A stretch of DNA of 47,418 nt from a virus (lineage: Duplodnaviria; Caudoviricetes). The stretch lies in IMG/VR virus record IMGVR_UViG_3300037307_000217, positions 1-47,418 of that record; one strand, given 5' to 3'. A model generated the notes under the pieces. It saw only the letters and a program-made list of their open reading frames with translations, did not search any database and was not told the DNA's origin. Positions 10,311 through 17,630 of this stretch are shown piece after piece; the first letter of the stretch is position 1, and each line of letters starts with the position of its first letter. A program made the position numbers and the translations under genes.

Positions 10311-10911
10311 ATGGCTCATCTCTATAAGATAACCCATTTACCGACCAGTAAAGTATACTACGGTTCTACATGGGGAATGAAACGGTTCGAAAGAAAAGAC
10401 ATATCTGGATCGTTTTGATGATCATATGAATGGAAAAGGTGGGAAGTATATCTCTCTTCTAATTGAAGATGGAGCAACTCAAGATGAATTTGGTATTGAA
10501 TTGTTGATGATATCAACCCCGGAGTTCTGTCGAGAGATTGAATCGATATTATGTAGGACTTCTATATTTCCTGTCGGGTTGAATGGTAACTACGGGATGA
10601 ACATCATACATTCAGATCTGACTCGAGAAAAGATACGAAAGTTTAGAACTGGAAAGAAGCATTCTGAAGAGTCAATAGAATTGATGAGATTAAAGCATAA
10701 GGGGAAGGTGATAAGTCCGCATACCAACATCCATAAAGAGAAGATTAGTGAATCGATGATGGGCAAGAATACAGGACCGCATCCTTGGGTTACTCCAAAT
10801 CATAAAACTCTTGTCTTTGACGTTCAAGAACAAGTCAGAAAAATGGTAACATCTGATGAATATGGTAGTGATCGTGAAAGGTATATATCTTGCCGGATCA
10901 CGAGAATATAA
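10311..10911 (+). CDS. GIY-YIG (Seg-like) homing endonuclease with NUMOD3 repeats; frameshift near 10380
   Basis: ATG 10311 gives MAHLYKITHLPTSKVYYGST (GIY-YIG-like); 10426 frame has GKKHSEESIELMRLKHKGK; free-standing in a tRNA cluster like T4 segB. Confidence 0.7.
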
Positions 10912-10926
10912 ACAAAGAAAACTTAC

Positions 10927-11002
10927 GGGGCTTTAGCTCATCTGGGAGAGCGTCTGCTTTGCACGCAGAAGGTAGTCGGTTCGATCCCGACAAGCTCCAC
11001 CA
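10927..11002 (+). tRNA. tRNA-Ala(TGC)
   Basis: GGGGCT acceptor with G3:U70, loop TTTGCAC, CCA. Confidence 0.95.
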
Positions 11003-11020
11003 ATTTAAATGCGGTTGTAT

Positions 11021-11095
11021 GCCCTCATAGCTCAATGAACAGAGTTCAGGACTACGAATCCTGCGATAGAGGTTTAACTCCTCTTGAGGGTACCA
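11021..11095 (+). tRNA. tRNA-Arg(ACG)
   Basis: CAGGA-CTACGAA-TCCTG, CCA. Confidence 0.85.
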
Positions 11096-11101
11096 GTAAC
11101 A

Positions 11102-11240
11102 TGGTTGAATGCAAATAGGACTACATTATTCAAAACTTTTGGTCGTGAGTTCGAATCCCATTCTCGGCTCCACTCAATGCCGAGGTAGCTCAGTTTGGCA
11201 GAGCGAAAGTCAAAAATGTCTTATACCCACTTGTCAACCA
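11102..11240 (+). ncRNA. Y-RNA-like element 2 with circularly permuted tRNA body (YrlA-like)
   Basis: Outer stem TGGTTGA/TCAACCA; inside, T-arm GTGAGTTCGAATCCCAT, acceptor TCTCGGC-TCCA-CTCAAT-GCCGAGG, D-arm GCTCAGTTTGGCAGAGC, closed by ACTTT/AAAGT. Confidence 0.8.
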
Positions 11241-11250
11241 CAACGAATGA

Positions 11251-11389
11251 AGAGTGAATGCAGCTCAGGACTACATTGGAAACTCCTGTACGCAAGTACT
11301 TGATGGTTCGAGTCCATCCTTCGGCTAACCCCCGAAGTGGCGAAATGGCAACCGCGGGAGTGTGCTGTCTTAGCGACACTTGTCACTCT
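11251..11389 (+). ncRNA. Y-RNA-like element 3 with permuted type-II (Leu-like) tRNA body
   Basis: Outer stem AGAGTGA/TCACTCT; variable arm GTAC-GCAA-GTAC, T-arm GATGGTTCGAGTCCATC, acceptor CTTCGG/CCGAAG, D-arm GCGAAATGGCAACCGC, closed by ACTCC/GGAGT. Confidence 0.8.
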
Positions 11390-11397
11390 ACTTACAT

Positions 11398-11506
11398 TGA
11401 CTCAAATGCTGATCGGGATTACATCTACCATTGTCGAGGTTAGCTTCGGGCTAGCCATAGGGGTCAGGTGAGAGCCTCCCCGAATCTCGTCGAACTTGTT
11501 GAGTCA
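11398..11506 (+). ncRNA. Y-RNA-like element 4 (two-hairpin cargo)
   Basis: TGACTCAA/TTGAGTCA, CGGGATT/AATCTCG, TACAT; hairpins GGTTAGC/GCTAGCC and GGGG..CCCC. Confidence 0.7.
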
Positions 11507-11515
11507 TCAGTTTAT

Positions 11516-11582
11516 TCCTCGAATGCTGTGGGGTCTACATCTAACGACATAGCGGTGACTCCACCAAACCTGTTGTCGAGGA
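11516..11582 (+). ncRNA. Y-RNA-like element 5 (minimal)
   Basis: TCCTCGA/TCGAGGA, GTGGGGTC/GACTCCAC, TACAT, TTGTC. Confidence 0.7.
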
Positions 11583-11593
11583 TCCTAAATAAC

Positions 11594-11671
11594 GATCGAA
11601 TGCTTGTTGGGACTACATTCATCAGCCTCATAAGCCGACGCGAAGCAACGTCTCAGCATCTCTTGTCGATC
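11594..11671 (+). ncRNA. Y-RNA-like element 6 (cargo: CAT anticodon stem-loop)
   Basis: GATCGA/TCGATC, TGTTGGGAC/GTCTCAGCA; TCAGC-CTCATAA-GCCGA. Confidence 0.72.
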
Positions 11672-11681
11672 ACCTTACAAT

Positions 11682-11783
11682 AGGTTGAATGCCACTCAGG
11701 ACTACATTGGAGAATAGGCTTCTGTAACAGGTTGCCTTACGAGGATTCGATACCTCGGTTGTCTTGAACAGACTTGTCAACCT
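11682..11783 (+). ncRNA. Y-RNA-like element 7 (cargo: GTA loop plus T-arm-like hairpin)
   Basis: AGGTTGA/TCAACCT, TCAGGAC/GTCTTGA; CTGTAAC loop; CGAGG-ATTCGATA-CCTCG. Confidence 0.7.
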
Positions 11784-11794
11784 TCTTTTACAAT

Positions 11795-11866
11795 GACTCG
11801 AATGGTAATGGGATTACATCATCTGCAAACCGCTGACGCTAACATCTCATTACAGCTTGTCGAGTC
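11795..11866 (+). ncRNA. Y-RNA-like element 8 (cargo: Cys-type loop CTGCAAA)
   Basis: GACTCGA/TCGAGTC, GTAATGGGAT/ATCTCATTAC, TACAT, CTTGTC. Confidence 0.72.
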
Positions 11867-11899
11867 TTCTCATTCACATAGTACTACAGGGAAGAAGTT

Positions 11900-12322
11900 A
11901 TGATCAAGAAAAAACCAACATACTCCGAATTAGCACTCCAGTCGGCGTCATCATCTTGGTGGTACTTCGTCCCAGTAGCACTCAAAGAACTTGGAAACAC
12001 AATCTCGATCATCAAGGGAAAGTTGATCAACGATCAACAGTTCAACCAGGAAGATCTGCCTAAACTCAGAAAGCTGTATGCACAGTTGAGAGACTTGAGC
12101 GCTAAGAACAAAGAGCTATCCAACTTCAACGGCGTGGCTGAAGAGAAAGATTTGTTGAAACAGATGTTCACTGTCGTCAATAGCTACTTTGATAAGACGA
12201 ATATCACAGCTGGAGTTCAGAAGAGGGTTACAAGAGCGATGATGGGTTCTCCTGTAGCCACCGTCGATAGCTACTACTACAAGGTAGGCAACGACAAAGG
12301 GTTTGCACTTCTAGTATTTTGA
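11900..12322 (+). CDS. hypothetical protein
   Basis: 140 aa ORF filling the gap between RNA genes. Confidence 0.6.
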   Translation: MIKKKPTYSELALQSASSSWWYFVPVALKELGNTISIIKGKLINDQQFNQEDLPKLRKLYAQLRDLSAKNKELSNFNGVAEEKDLLKQMFTVVNSYFDKTNITAGVQKRVTRAMMGSPVATVDSYYYKVGNDKGFALLVF

Positions 12323-12327
12323 TCTTT

Positions 12328-12402
12328 TTCGAGTTCGTCTAACGGAAGGACGCACCGCCTCTGAAGTGGTGTATCGAGGTTCGAATCCTTGACTCGAAGC
12401 CA
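12328..12402 (+). tRNA. tRNA-Gln(CTG)
   Basis: ACCGC-CTCTGAA-GTGGT, GCCA end. Confidence 0.9.
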
Positions 12403-12408
12403 AACAGA

Positions 12409-12482
12409 TCACTCTTCGTCTAATGGCAGGACAAGGGACTTTGAATCCCTGAATTGGGGTTCGAGTCCCTGAGAGTGAACCA
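12409..12482 (+). tRNA. tRNA-Gln(TTG)
   Basis: AGGGA-CTTTGAA-TCCCT, CCA. Confidence 0.9.
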
Positions 12483-12486
12483 GAAC

Positions 12487-12595
12487 ATGCTTGAATGCCT
12501 GTAGGGACTACATTTCTCCATTAAAGAAACGGTGCGGTTCGATTCCGCCTCGGGCTTGGTAGCCGGTAAAACGTCTCTACTCTTTTGTCAAGCAT
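12487..12595 (+). ncRNA. Y-RNA-like element 9 (cargo: 7-nt-loop hairpin, T-arm, D-like hairpin)
   Basis: ATGCTTGA/TCAAGCAT, GTAGGGAC/GTCTCTAC; TTTCT-CCATTAA-AGAAA; GCGG-TTCGATT-CCGC; GGCT-TGGT-AGCC. Confidence 0.75.
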
Positions 12596-12616
12596 TTTTA
12601 CATTGAGGAGGTTGTT

Positions 12617-13027
12617 ATGGTCAGCTACATTGACATCTATCGTGACGCCCGTAGGAAATTTGGCCCAATCGAGAGTTTGCACTATGTTCTGAATGACGCC
12701 AAGGCGACTCATCCATCTCTCAAGCAGTATCTGAATGACGACATCAACCTGCTGTTCGGTCAGATCATGCAGTCTGCTCGAGTCCTAGTGACATGCGTCA
12801 GAGACATCGATGACTTTACCGCGGCTGGCATCAATGAAGCGACGGTGTCATTCGTTAGGCAGAACTTCATTCGAGCAAGAGCCCATCTATCCTACTACAT
12901 CGGAGAAGACACCCTGTCGTTGTTCTTGAGTGAGATCACTCAAACACCTCTAATACAACTCGAGTATGGGACACTTCCGAGTAAAGAGGAGATGATCAAG
13001 ATGATCGAATCCTACGGAAAAGACTAA
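12617..13027 (+). CDS. hypothetical protein
   Basis: GAGGAGG SD, 136 aa. Confidence 0.7.
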   Translation: MVSYIDIYRDARRKFGPIESLHYVLNDAKATHPSLKQYLNDDINLLFGQIMQSARVLVTCVRDIDDFTAAGINEATVSFVRQNFIRARAHLSYYIGEDTLSLFLSEITQTPLIQLEYGTLPSKEEMIKMIESYGKD

Positions 13028-13032
13028 CACAT

Positions 13033-13106
13033 GGCGATGGGGAGGACGGCTCCTCACACGGTTCATAACCCGAAGATAGCTTGATCGACACAAGCCATCG
13101 CTACCA
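13033..13106 (+). tRNA. tRNA-Met(CAT), atypical
   Basis: GGCGATG/CATCGCT acceptor, loop TTCATAA, T-arm GCTTG-ATCGACA-CAAGC, CCA. Confidence 0.7.
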
Positions 13107-13127
13107 TTGTCTCCCCATAAATAACAA

Positions 13128-13209
13128 AAAGATGAATGCTTCTGGGACTACATTTACTTGACCTAAATCTCGCTTCAGGCGAGCTTGTCTCAGATATCTT
13201 GTCATCTTT
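13128..13209 (+). ncRNA. Y-RNA-like element 10 (cargo: TGA anticodon stem-loop plus extra hairpin)
   Basis: AAAGATGA/TCATCTTT, TCTGGGAC/GTCTCAGA; ATTTA-CTTGACC-TAAAT then CTCGC/GCGAG; CATAAATA box at 13116. Confidence 0.75.
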
Positions 13210-13238
13210 CCTTTCTATCATCTTGGGGGATACACACT

Positions 13239-13538
13239 ATGGACAACATACCAATCCAATTCCGTTTTGAAGAGATGCTCGAGAAGATCAGAACTGATCC
13301 TGTCGTCGCTGTCCTCGCCATAGCATTGAATGAAGTGGTGACAAAGCAAGAAGAGCATGATAAGGTTAACGCGCTTGTCCACAAGGTACTCCAAGAACAT
13401 GCCGATCAGATCCAACGATTGGCTGAGTCTATGAATGCGCTGTCTCAAGGAATGATCGCCATCACGGCAGCAATGCAAAGAACTCAGATGAATCATCAAA
13501 CCGCTCCTATGGGATTCAGAGGAATCACGATAAAATGA
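13239..13538 (+). CDS. coiled-coil hypothetical protein
   Basis: ATG 13239 after GGGGGA; helical composition. Confidence 0.6.
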   Translation: MDNIPIQFRFEEMLEKIRTDPVVAVLAIALNEVVTKQEEHDKVNALVHKVLQEHADQIQRLAESMNALSQGMIAITAAMQRTQMNHQTAPMGFRGITIK

Positions 13539-13825
13539 CCATCGTTGACTTAGATGCATTCAGAAAGAAGAAGAAAGATCAAGAAGCTGAACTCCAGGCG
13601 TTAGAGGACAAGTTGGTTGACTCATTGGAAGATCTCGCTTCTCGCAAGTATGGAGCCAGTTCTATGAAAATTGGCGAGGCATCTGACCTAGACTTGTTCA
13701 CTCGTGAAGCCATGAGATTCAGATTCCAAAACATGAAACCTCCAGGGGTATTCGCAACCATCCACACGGAGAAGTTGCCGCCCCCATTCCCTCCCTACGA
13801 CGATCTACCTCCATTGGTGGCTTAG
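13535..13825 (+). CDS. hypothetical protein
   Basis: Overlaps upstream stop; N-terminal IVDLDAFRKKK motif. Confidence 0.6.
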   Translation: MTIVDLDAFRKKKKDQEAELQALEDKLVDSLEDLASRKYGASSMKIGEASDLDLFTREAMRFRFQNMKPPGVFATIHTEKLPPPFPPYDDLPPLVA

Positions 13826-14476
13826 ATGAAAAAGAGATTCGGTGAATTGAGTGTTGGTGATGACTTCGAGTTCGCAGGTAAGACACTGACCAAACTCGAC
13901 GGGTATAACGCAGTGACTAAGGTTGCTCGCGGCAAACAGAATTTCATGTTCTTCAAGCACAACTTGGTCACCGTTGAGGATCCAGAGTTAGGACAAGAGT
14001 CACCCTTTACAGGAGTCTCAGGAGAAACCAACTTCATCGATCCCATTATCAAGTGCATGTACAGCCCTGAATACAATGATCAGAAGTTCCAAGATCTGGT
14101 CGAGAGTATCAGCGACATTCAGCCGATAACAGCACCAACAGGTCAAGTCTTCCGATTGTTAGATACAACCTATCCAGTGACCACAGTCTTACGCTTCAAC
14201 ATGGTTCCGATTACGGATAGAGCCTATAGTCTCAACATGGAAACTGATGGCCAGCCCGCCGTGAGCCTGATTCAAATGGATAAGAGTGATACCAGTCAAT
14301 GGGCTGTTGATCTTCCACCCACCAATGTCGGTGGAATGGTGTTCAGGGGTCTTGCGGTTAGCCAGAATGATGGCTATGTATCGCTGTCGAGATATGGAGA
14401 GATCATAGTTCAGAGGATGATGAGCAAAGAGGATTGGGTAGGTGGAGACACACTTACAGTCGTATTCAACAACTGA
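13826..14476 (+). CDS. hypothetical protein with a gp23-like peptide
   Basis: Contains IQPITAPTGQVF; N-terminus resembles ORF 30782. Confidence 0.6.
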   Translation: MKKRFGELSVGDDFEFAGKTLTKLDGYNAVTKVARGKQNFMFFKHNLVTVEDPELGQESPFTGVSGETNFIDPIIKCMYSPEYNDQKFQDLVESISDIQPITAPTGQVFRLLDTTYPVTTVLRFNMVPITDRAYSLNMETDGQPAVSLIQMDKSDTSQWAVDLPPTNVGGMVFRGLAVSQNDGYVSLSRYGEIIVQRMMSKEDWVGGDTLTVVFNN

Positions 14477-14489
14477 GTAGGAGATCATT

Positions 14490-14741
14490 ATGAGAATCGT
14501 TATGGTTTACCGTGATACTGAGTACAGCAGCAAGAGCCAGCCTATGCCTCTTGAAGAAATCAAACAACTTGCGGATGAGATCTACAACACTGCTGGTAAA
14601 CTCGACAAGCTCCAATTCGAGACTGAGGATGGGTATGTGATCCTGCCAGAGAGTGTTCTGAAAGACACCGTCATCTTCGTAGAAGTTGAAGAGTGTGATC
14701 GCAATCATCCTGACAATCCCGAAGCGCCGGCGGCAGCCTAA
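14490..14741 (+). CDS. hypothetical protein
   Basis: AGGAG SD, 83 aa. Confidence 0.6.
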   Translation: MRIVMVYRDTEYSSKSQPMPLEEIKQLADEIYNTAGKLDKLQFETEDGYVILPESVLKDTVIFVEVEECDRNHPDNPEAPAAA

Positions 14742-14759
14742 CGCCCGCATCCTATTAAG

Positions 14760-14837
14760 ACCGCGATAGCCCAAAGGTAGAGGCAGGTGGCGCACCAGCC
14801 CCGCCAGTGATTGGTTCGATTCCATCTCGCGGCACCA
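14760..14837 (+). ncRNA. tRNA-like RNA without a canonical anticodon loop
   Basis: Acceptor CCGCGA/TCGCGG, D-arm, GGTTCGATTCC, ACCA; anticodon arm GGTGG-CGCACCAGCC-CCGCC has a 10-nt loop with no U33. Confidence 0.7.
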
Positions 14838-14865
14838 ACTAGCAGTCCTAGAAATGAGGTACTCA

Positions 14866-16275
14866 ATGAGTCAAGTTCAGTCAGTTCGTTATGGATTTGC
14901 AACCAACAGCTCGTCAACCCACTCTATCATCATCACTAAAGATAAGAGTAGAGCCAAAGACAAGCTCAGTGATTATTTTGGGTGGGACTTCTTCACTGCC
15001 TGTAGTGATCAAGCCAAGCGTCAGTATCTCGCTTCTATCGTGATGCACCATCTCGAACCTATCGTGGGCAAACATATCACTCGTGACTTGGTCATATCTT
15101 GGTTGAATATCGACATCAATGATGAGCATCTGTGCCTCGGTATTGACCATCAGAGCATGCCTGTTATGCCCAGAACTTGGGAAGGTGTGGGACTAGATGT
15201 TGACTTCTTCAATGAGTATGCAGAGTTCTTGATGCAAAAGCATCTGGTCATCATCGGTGGCAATGACAACACTAATCAAAAGCACAGTCTCGTTCGCAGA
15301 TATGACCCGTTCATTCTTCCGCTGCTGTATGATAACTCTCGCACACGACTAGTAGCTCGCAAGGATCCGATAAACGGCTACTGGACTTTATTCAATCGTG
15401 AAAACGGAAACAAGGTACGCTTGTTCTTAAGTCAGAAACAGAGAAAAGTCACTAAGGCTTACTCACCTGAACTAGTTGATCTCAAGATCACTGATTACTG
15501 CGACAAGCGTTGTGCGTTCTGCTATCAGGGTAGCACTAAAGAAGGTCAGCACGGTGACGTCAACTACATCAACTCCGTTATCTACATGCTGAAGAAGTAT
15601 CAGGTGTTTGAAGTTGCTCTCGGTGGCGGAGAGCCAACAGCACATCCAGATTTTGAAAGGATCTTGAGAACGTGTAGTTGGTGCAATATCGTCCCCAACT
15701 TCACTACCAAGACTTTGGATTGGTTGAAGAATGATACACGCCGCAATGTGATACTATCGTATGCGGGCGGGTTTGCATACTCAGTGAGCAACAATCGTGA
15801 GGTTCGAGAGTTAGGATTCCTTCTTGACAAGTACAACATTGACAAGAGTAGGGTTCAGGTTCAAGTGATCGATGGAGTCGCTAGTGACTGGGCATTCCCA
15901 GAGATCCTCAAAGAATGTGCTTACCACAACCTCACTCTCACCATCTTAGGATTCAAGTCTACAGGTCGAGGAGAGAAGTTTGCAGAGACTCGCCAGCCAT
16001 ACAAGTTTGACTGGATCGGAATGGTCAAGAAGGCTCGTGATAACGGCGACTACGTAACAATCGGTGTAGATACACTCATGGTGCAGAAGTATCAAGATGT
16101 CTTCAAAGAAGAAGGCATTGATGAGATCTTCTTCACTCCTGAAGAGGGTAAGTTCTCGTGTTACATCGATGGGGTGGCTGAGAAGATTGGTCCGTCATCA
16201 TACTCTCCTGATGATATGACAGCATTCCCCTACGACAGTTTCAATCAGTTTCTCCAGAAGTTCACAACATTCTGA
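14866..16275 (+). CDS. radical SAM enzyme with N-terminal TNSSS domain
   Basis: CDKRCAFC (CxxxCxxC), GGGEP motif; GFATNSSSTHS at N-terminus; GAGG SD before ATG 14866. Confidence 0.85.
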   Translation: MSQVQSVRYGFATNSSSTHSIIITKDKSRAKDKLSDYFGWDFFTACSDQAKRQYLASIVMHHLEPIVGKHITRDLVISWLNIDINDEHLCLGIDHQSMPVMPRTWEGVGLDVDFFNEYAEFLMQKHLVIIGGNDNTNQKHSLVRRYDPFILPLLYDNSRTRLVARKDPINGYWTLFNRENGNKVRLFLSQKQRKVTKAYSPELVDLKITDYCDKRCAFCYQGSTKEGQHGDVNYINSVIYMLKKYQVFEVALGGGEPTAHPDFERILRTCSWCNIVPNFTTKTLDWLKNDTRRNVILSYAGGFAYSVSNNREVRELGFLLDKYNIDKSRVQVQVIDGVASDWAFPEILKECAYHNLTLTILGFKSTGRGEKFAETRQPYKFDWIGMVKKARDNGDYVTIGVDTLMVQKYQDVFKEEGIDEIFFTPEEGKFSCYIDGVAEKIGPSSYSPDDMTAFPYDSFNQFLQKFTTF

Positions 16276-16283
16276 GGTCAAGT

Positions 16284-16562
16284 ATGTACTTAGATGTCCA
16301 TCAAATTCGAGAGATTCTGTTTGTCAAACACAACTGTACTCTTCAAGACTTCTTGTATCATATCCAAACTCTTCGAGAGCATTTCAATTTTGAGAACACG
16401 CGTGAAGATGAAATCCTAGCCTTACTAAAGGAGGTTGAGCAGGATGGTGAATATCGAGTCGTTAATGGAACAGTCACACAAGAGCGTCCGACAGAGCCCA
16501 TCATTCTCAAGAGAGATCCCACTTCGGAGTATCTAAGGAGACTGATGTTGTCAGTAGCCTGA
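16284..16562 (+). CDS. hypothetical protein
   Basis: GAGG SD, 92 aa. Confidence 0.55.
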   Translation: MYLDVHQIREILFVKHNCTLQDFLYHIQTLREHFNFENTREDEILALLKEVEQDGEYRVVNGTVTQERPTEPIILKRDPTSEYLRRLMLSVA

Positions 16563-16679
16563 TTGAGAAGGTTGATGAGATTTTACGATGGGGATGCTCA
16601 GTTTATGACATCCCCATTCTTATTGTTAGCACTCAATGGTCGTTTTCAGGCAGATACACGACAAGTAGTGTGAGGGGCA

Positions 16680-17108
16680 GTGTGCTCAAATTTGATGCCT
16701 TCTTTGCACTCCATGACATGCTTGCTGATTGGGATTCTGGACGGAGTCTTTTACGAGAGATTCAAAAGAGTCAAAGACGATCCAATCATCGGCACCTTCT
16801 CAGGAACGGGTTATGAACTGCTAGTCGCTCTCATATGCCATGAACTGGCACACATCTTTGAATCAATCTCTCGCCAGGAGATTTGGATCCCATCAGGCGT
16901 TCTAAGTTACTACAACAGAACAGCTGATGAATCAAAAATGCGCCATCACCACAACGAATTCTGGAGAATCATCTATCGAGAGTTGAAGCTCAAGTTCATG
17001 CCAGGATCTCCTAAGATTGAAGTTGATCCTTCTGTTGATATGATTCGAATCAAAACCCAATCAGGTGTTGACTTCTACGCAAAGAGACTACTTGACAACT
17101 CTGTCTAA
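16680..17108 (+). CDS. putative HExxH zinc metallopeptidase (SprT-like); start uncertain
   Basis: LICHELAHI plus downstream HHHNEFW. Confidence 0.55.
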   Translation: MCSNLMPSLHSMTCLLIGILDGVFYERFKRVKDDPIIGTFSGTGYELLVALICHELAHIFESISRQEIWIPSGVLSYYNRTADESKMRHHHNEFWRIIYRELKLKFMPGSPKIEVDPSVDMIRIKTQSGVDFYAKRLLDNSV

Positions 17109-17120
17109 CCCACCTATAAT
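17092..17120 (+). promoter_or_regulatory. sigma70 consensus promoter upstream of the glycosyltransferase operon
   Basis: TTGACA-17-TATAAT. Confidence 0.8.
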
Positions 17121-17149
17121 TGGCACGTATAGGTATAAAGGAGGTTAAC

Positions 17150-17620
17150 ATGAAATTCAAACTACTCAAGAGCATTCCGCTCTGTCTACTTCTCTCAAGT
17201 GCTCATTCAGATCCATCTTGGACGTTCAGGCTGCCAGAGCAGCATCTTGATGCCCAGTATACTGTTGACGTCAAAGCTGGTCCGTACATCACTATCACCA
17301 AGATCCCAGTAAAAGGCTCACTTGAGTCATGGGAGGGAGTGGTATCCAATGCGCGCCCCTGCTGCTACAAGATAGCGGTTCTGTCATTCACTGATGGGTG
17401 GTACACGAAGCCTTGGTTCTCGGCACCCGATACACAGTTTGATCAAACAGGCGCGTTCAAATTCGATATCATCACTGGAGACGGCAATCCAGGAGAAGCG
17501 ACGCAAGTGTCGATCAATCTTGTCCCTAAAGCCCTTGAGACTCCTGTTGCAACAGGAACTCGAGATATCCCCAAATCCATTACAGCCCAATCCGTATTCT
17601 CAATCATCCTAACTCGTTAA
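17150..17620 (+). CDS. secreted hypothetical protein
   Basis: AGGAGG SD; signal-peptide-like MKFKLLKSIPLCLLLSSAHS. Confidence 0.65.
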   Translation: MKFKLLKSIPLCLLLSSAHSDPSWTFRLPEQHLDAQYTVDVKAGPYITITKIPVKGSLESWEGVVSNARPCCYKIAVLSFTDGWYTKPWFSAPDTQFDQTGAFKFDIITGDGNPGEATQVSINLVPKALETPVATGTRDIPKSITAQSVFSIILTR

Positions 17621-17630
17621 GGAGATAGCA

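Noticed and set aside
11128-11134. Opal-suppressor or Sec anticodon (AT-TCA-AA) in element 2
   Set aside because: The register is suggestive but the loop is not closed in the permuted RNA, so it cannot be supported as a decoding anticodon.
11109-11683. Short ORFs 11109, 11258 and 11468
   Set aside because: They overlap the structured RNA elements, lack SD sites and have no protein-like features.
11102-11866. CRISPR array (repeat plus variable spacer appearance)
   Set aside because: The repeats are not identical direct repeats, unit lengths vary from about 65 to 140 nt, each unit is closed by its own covarying stem, and no cas gene is visible.
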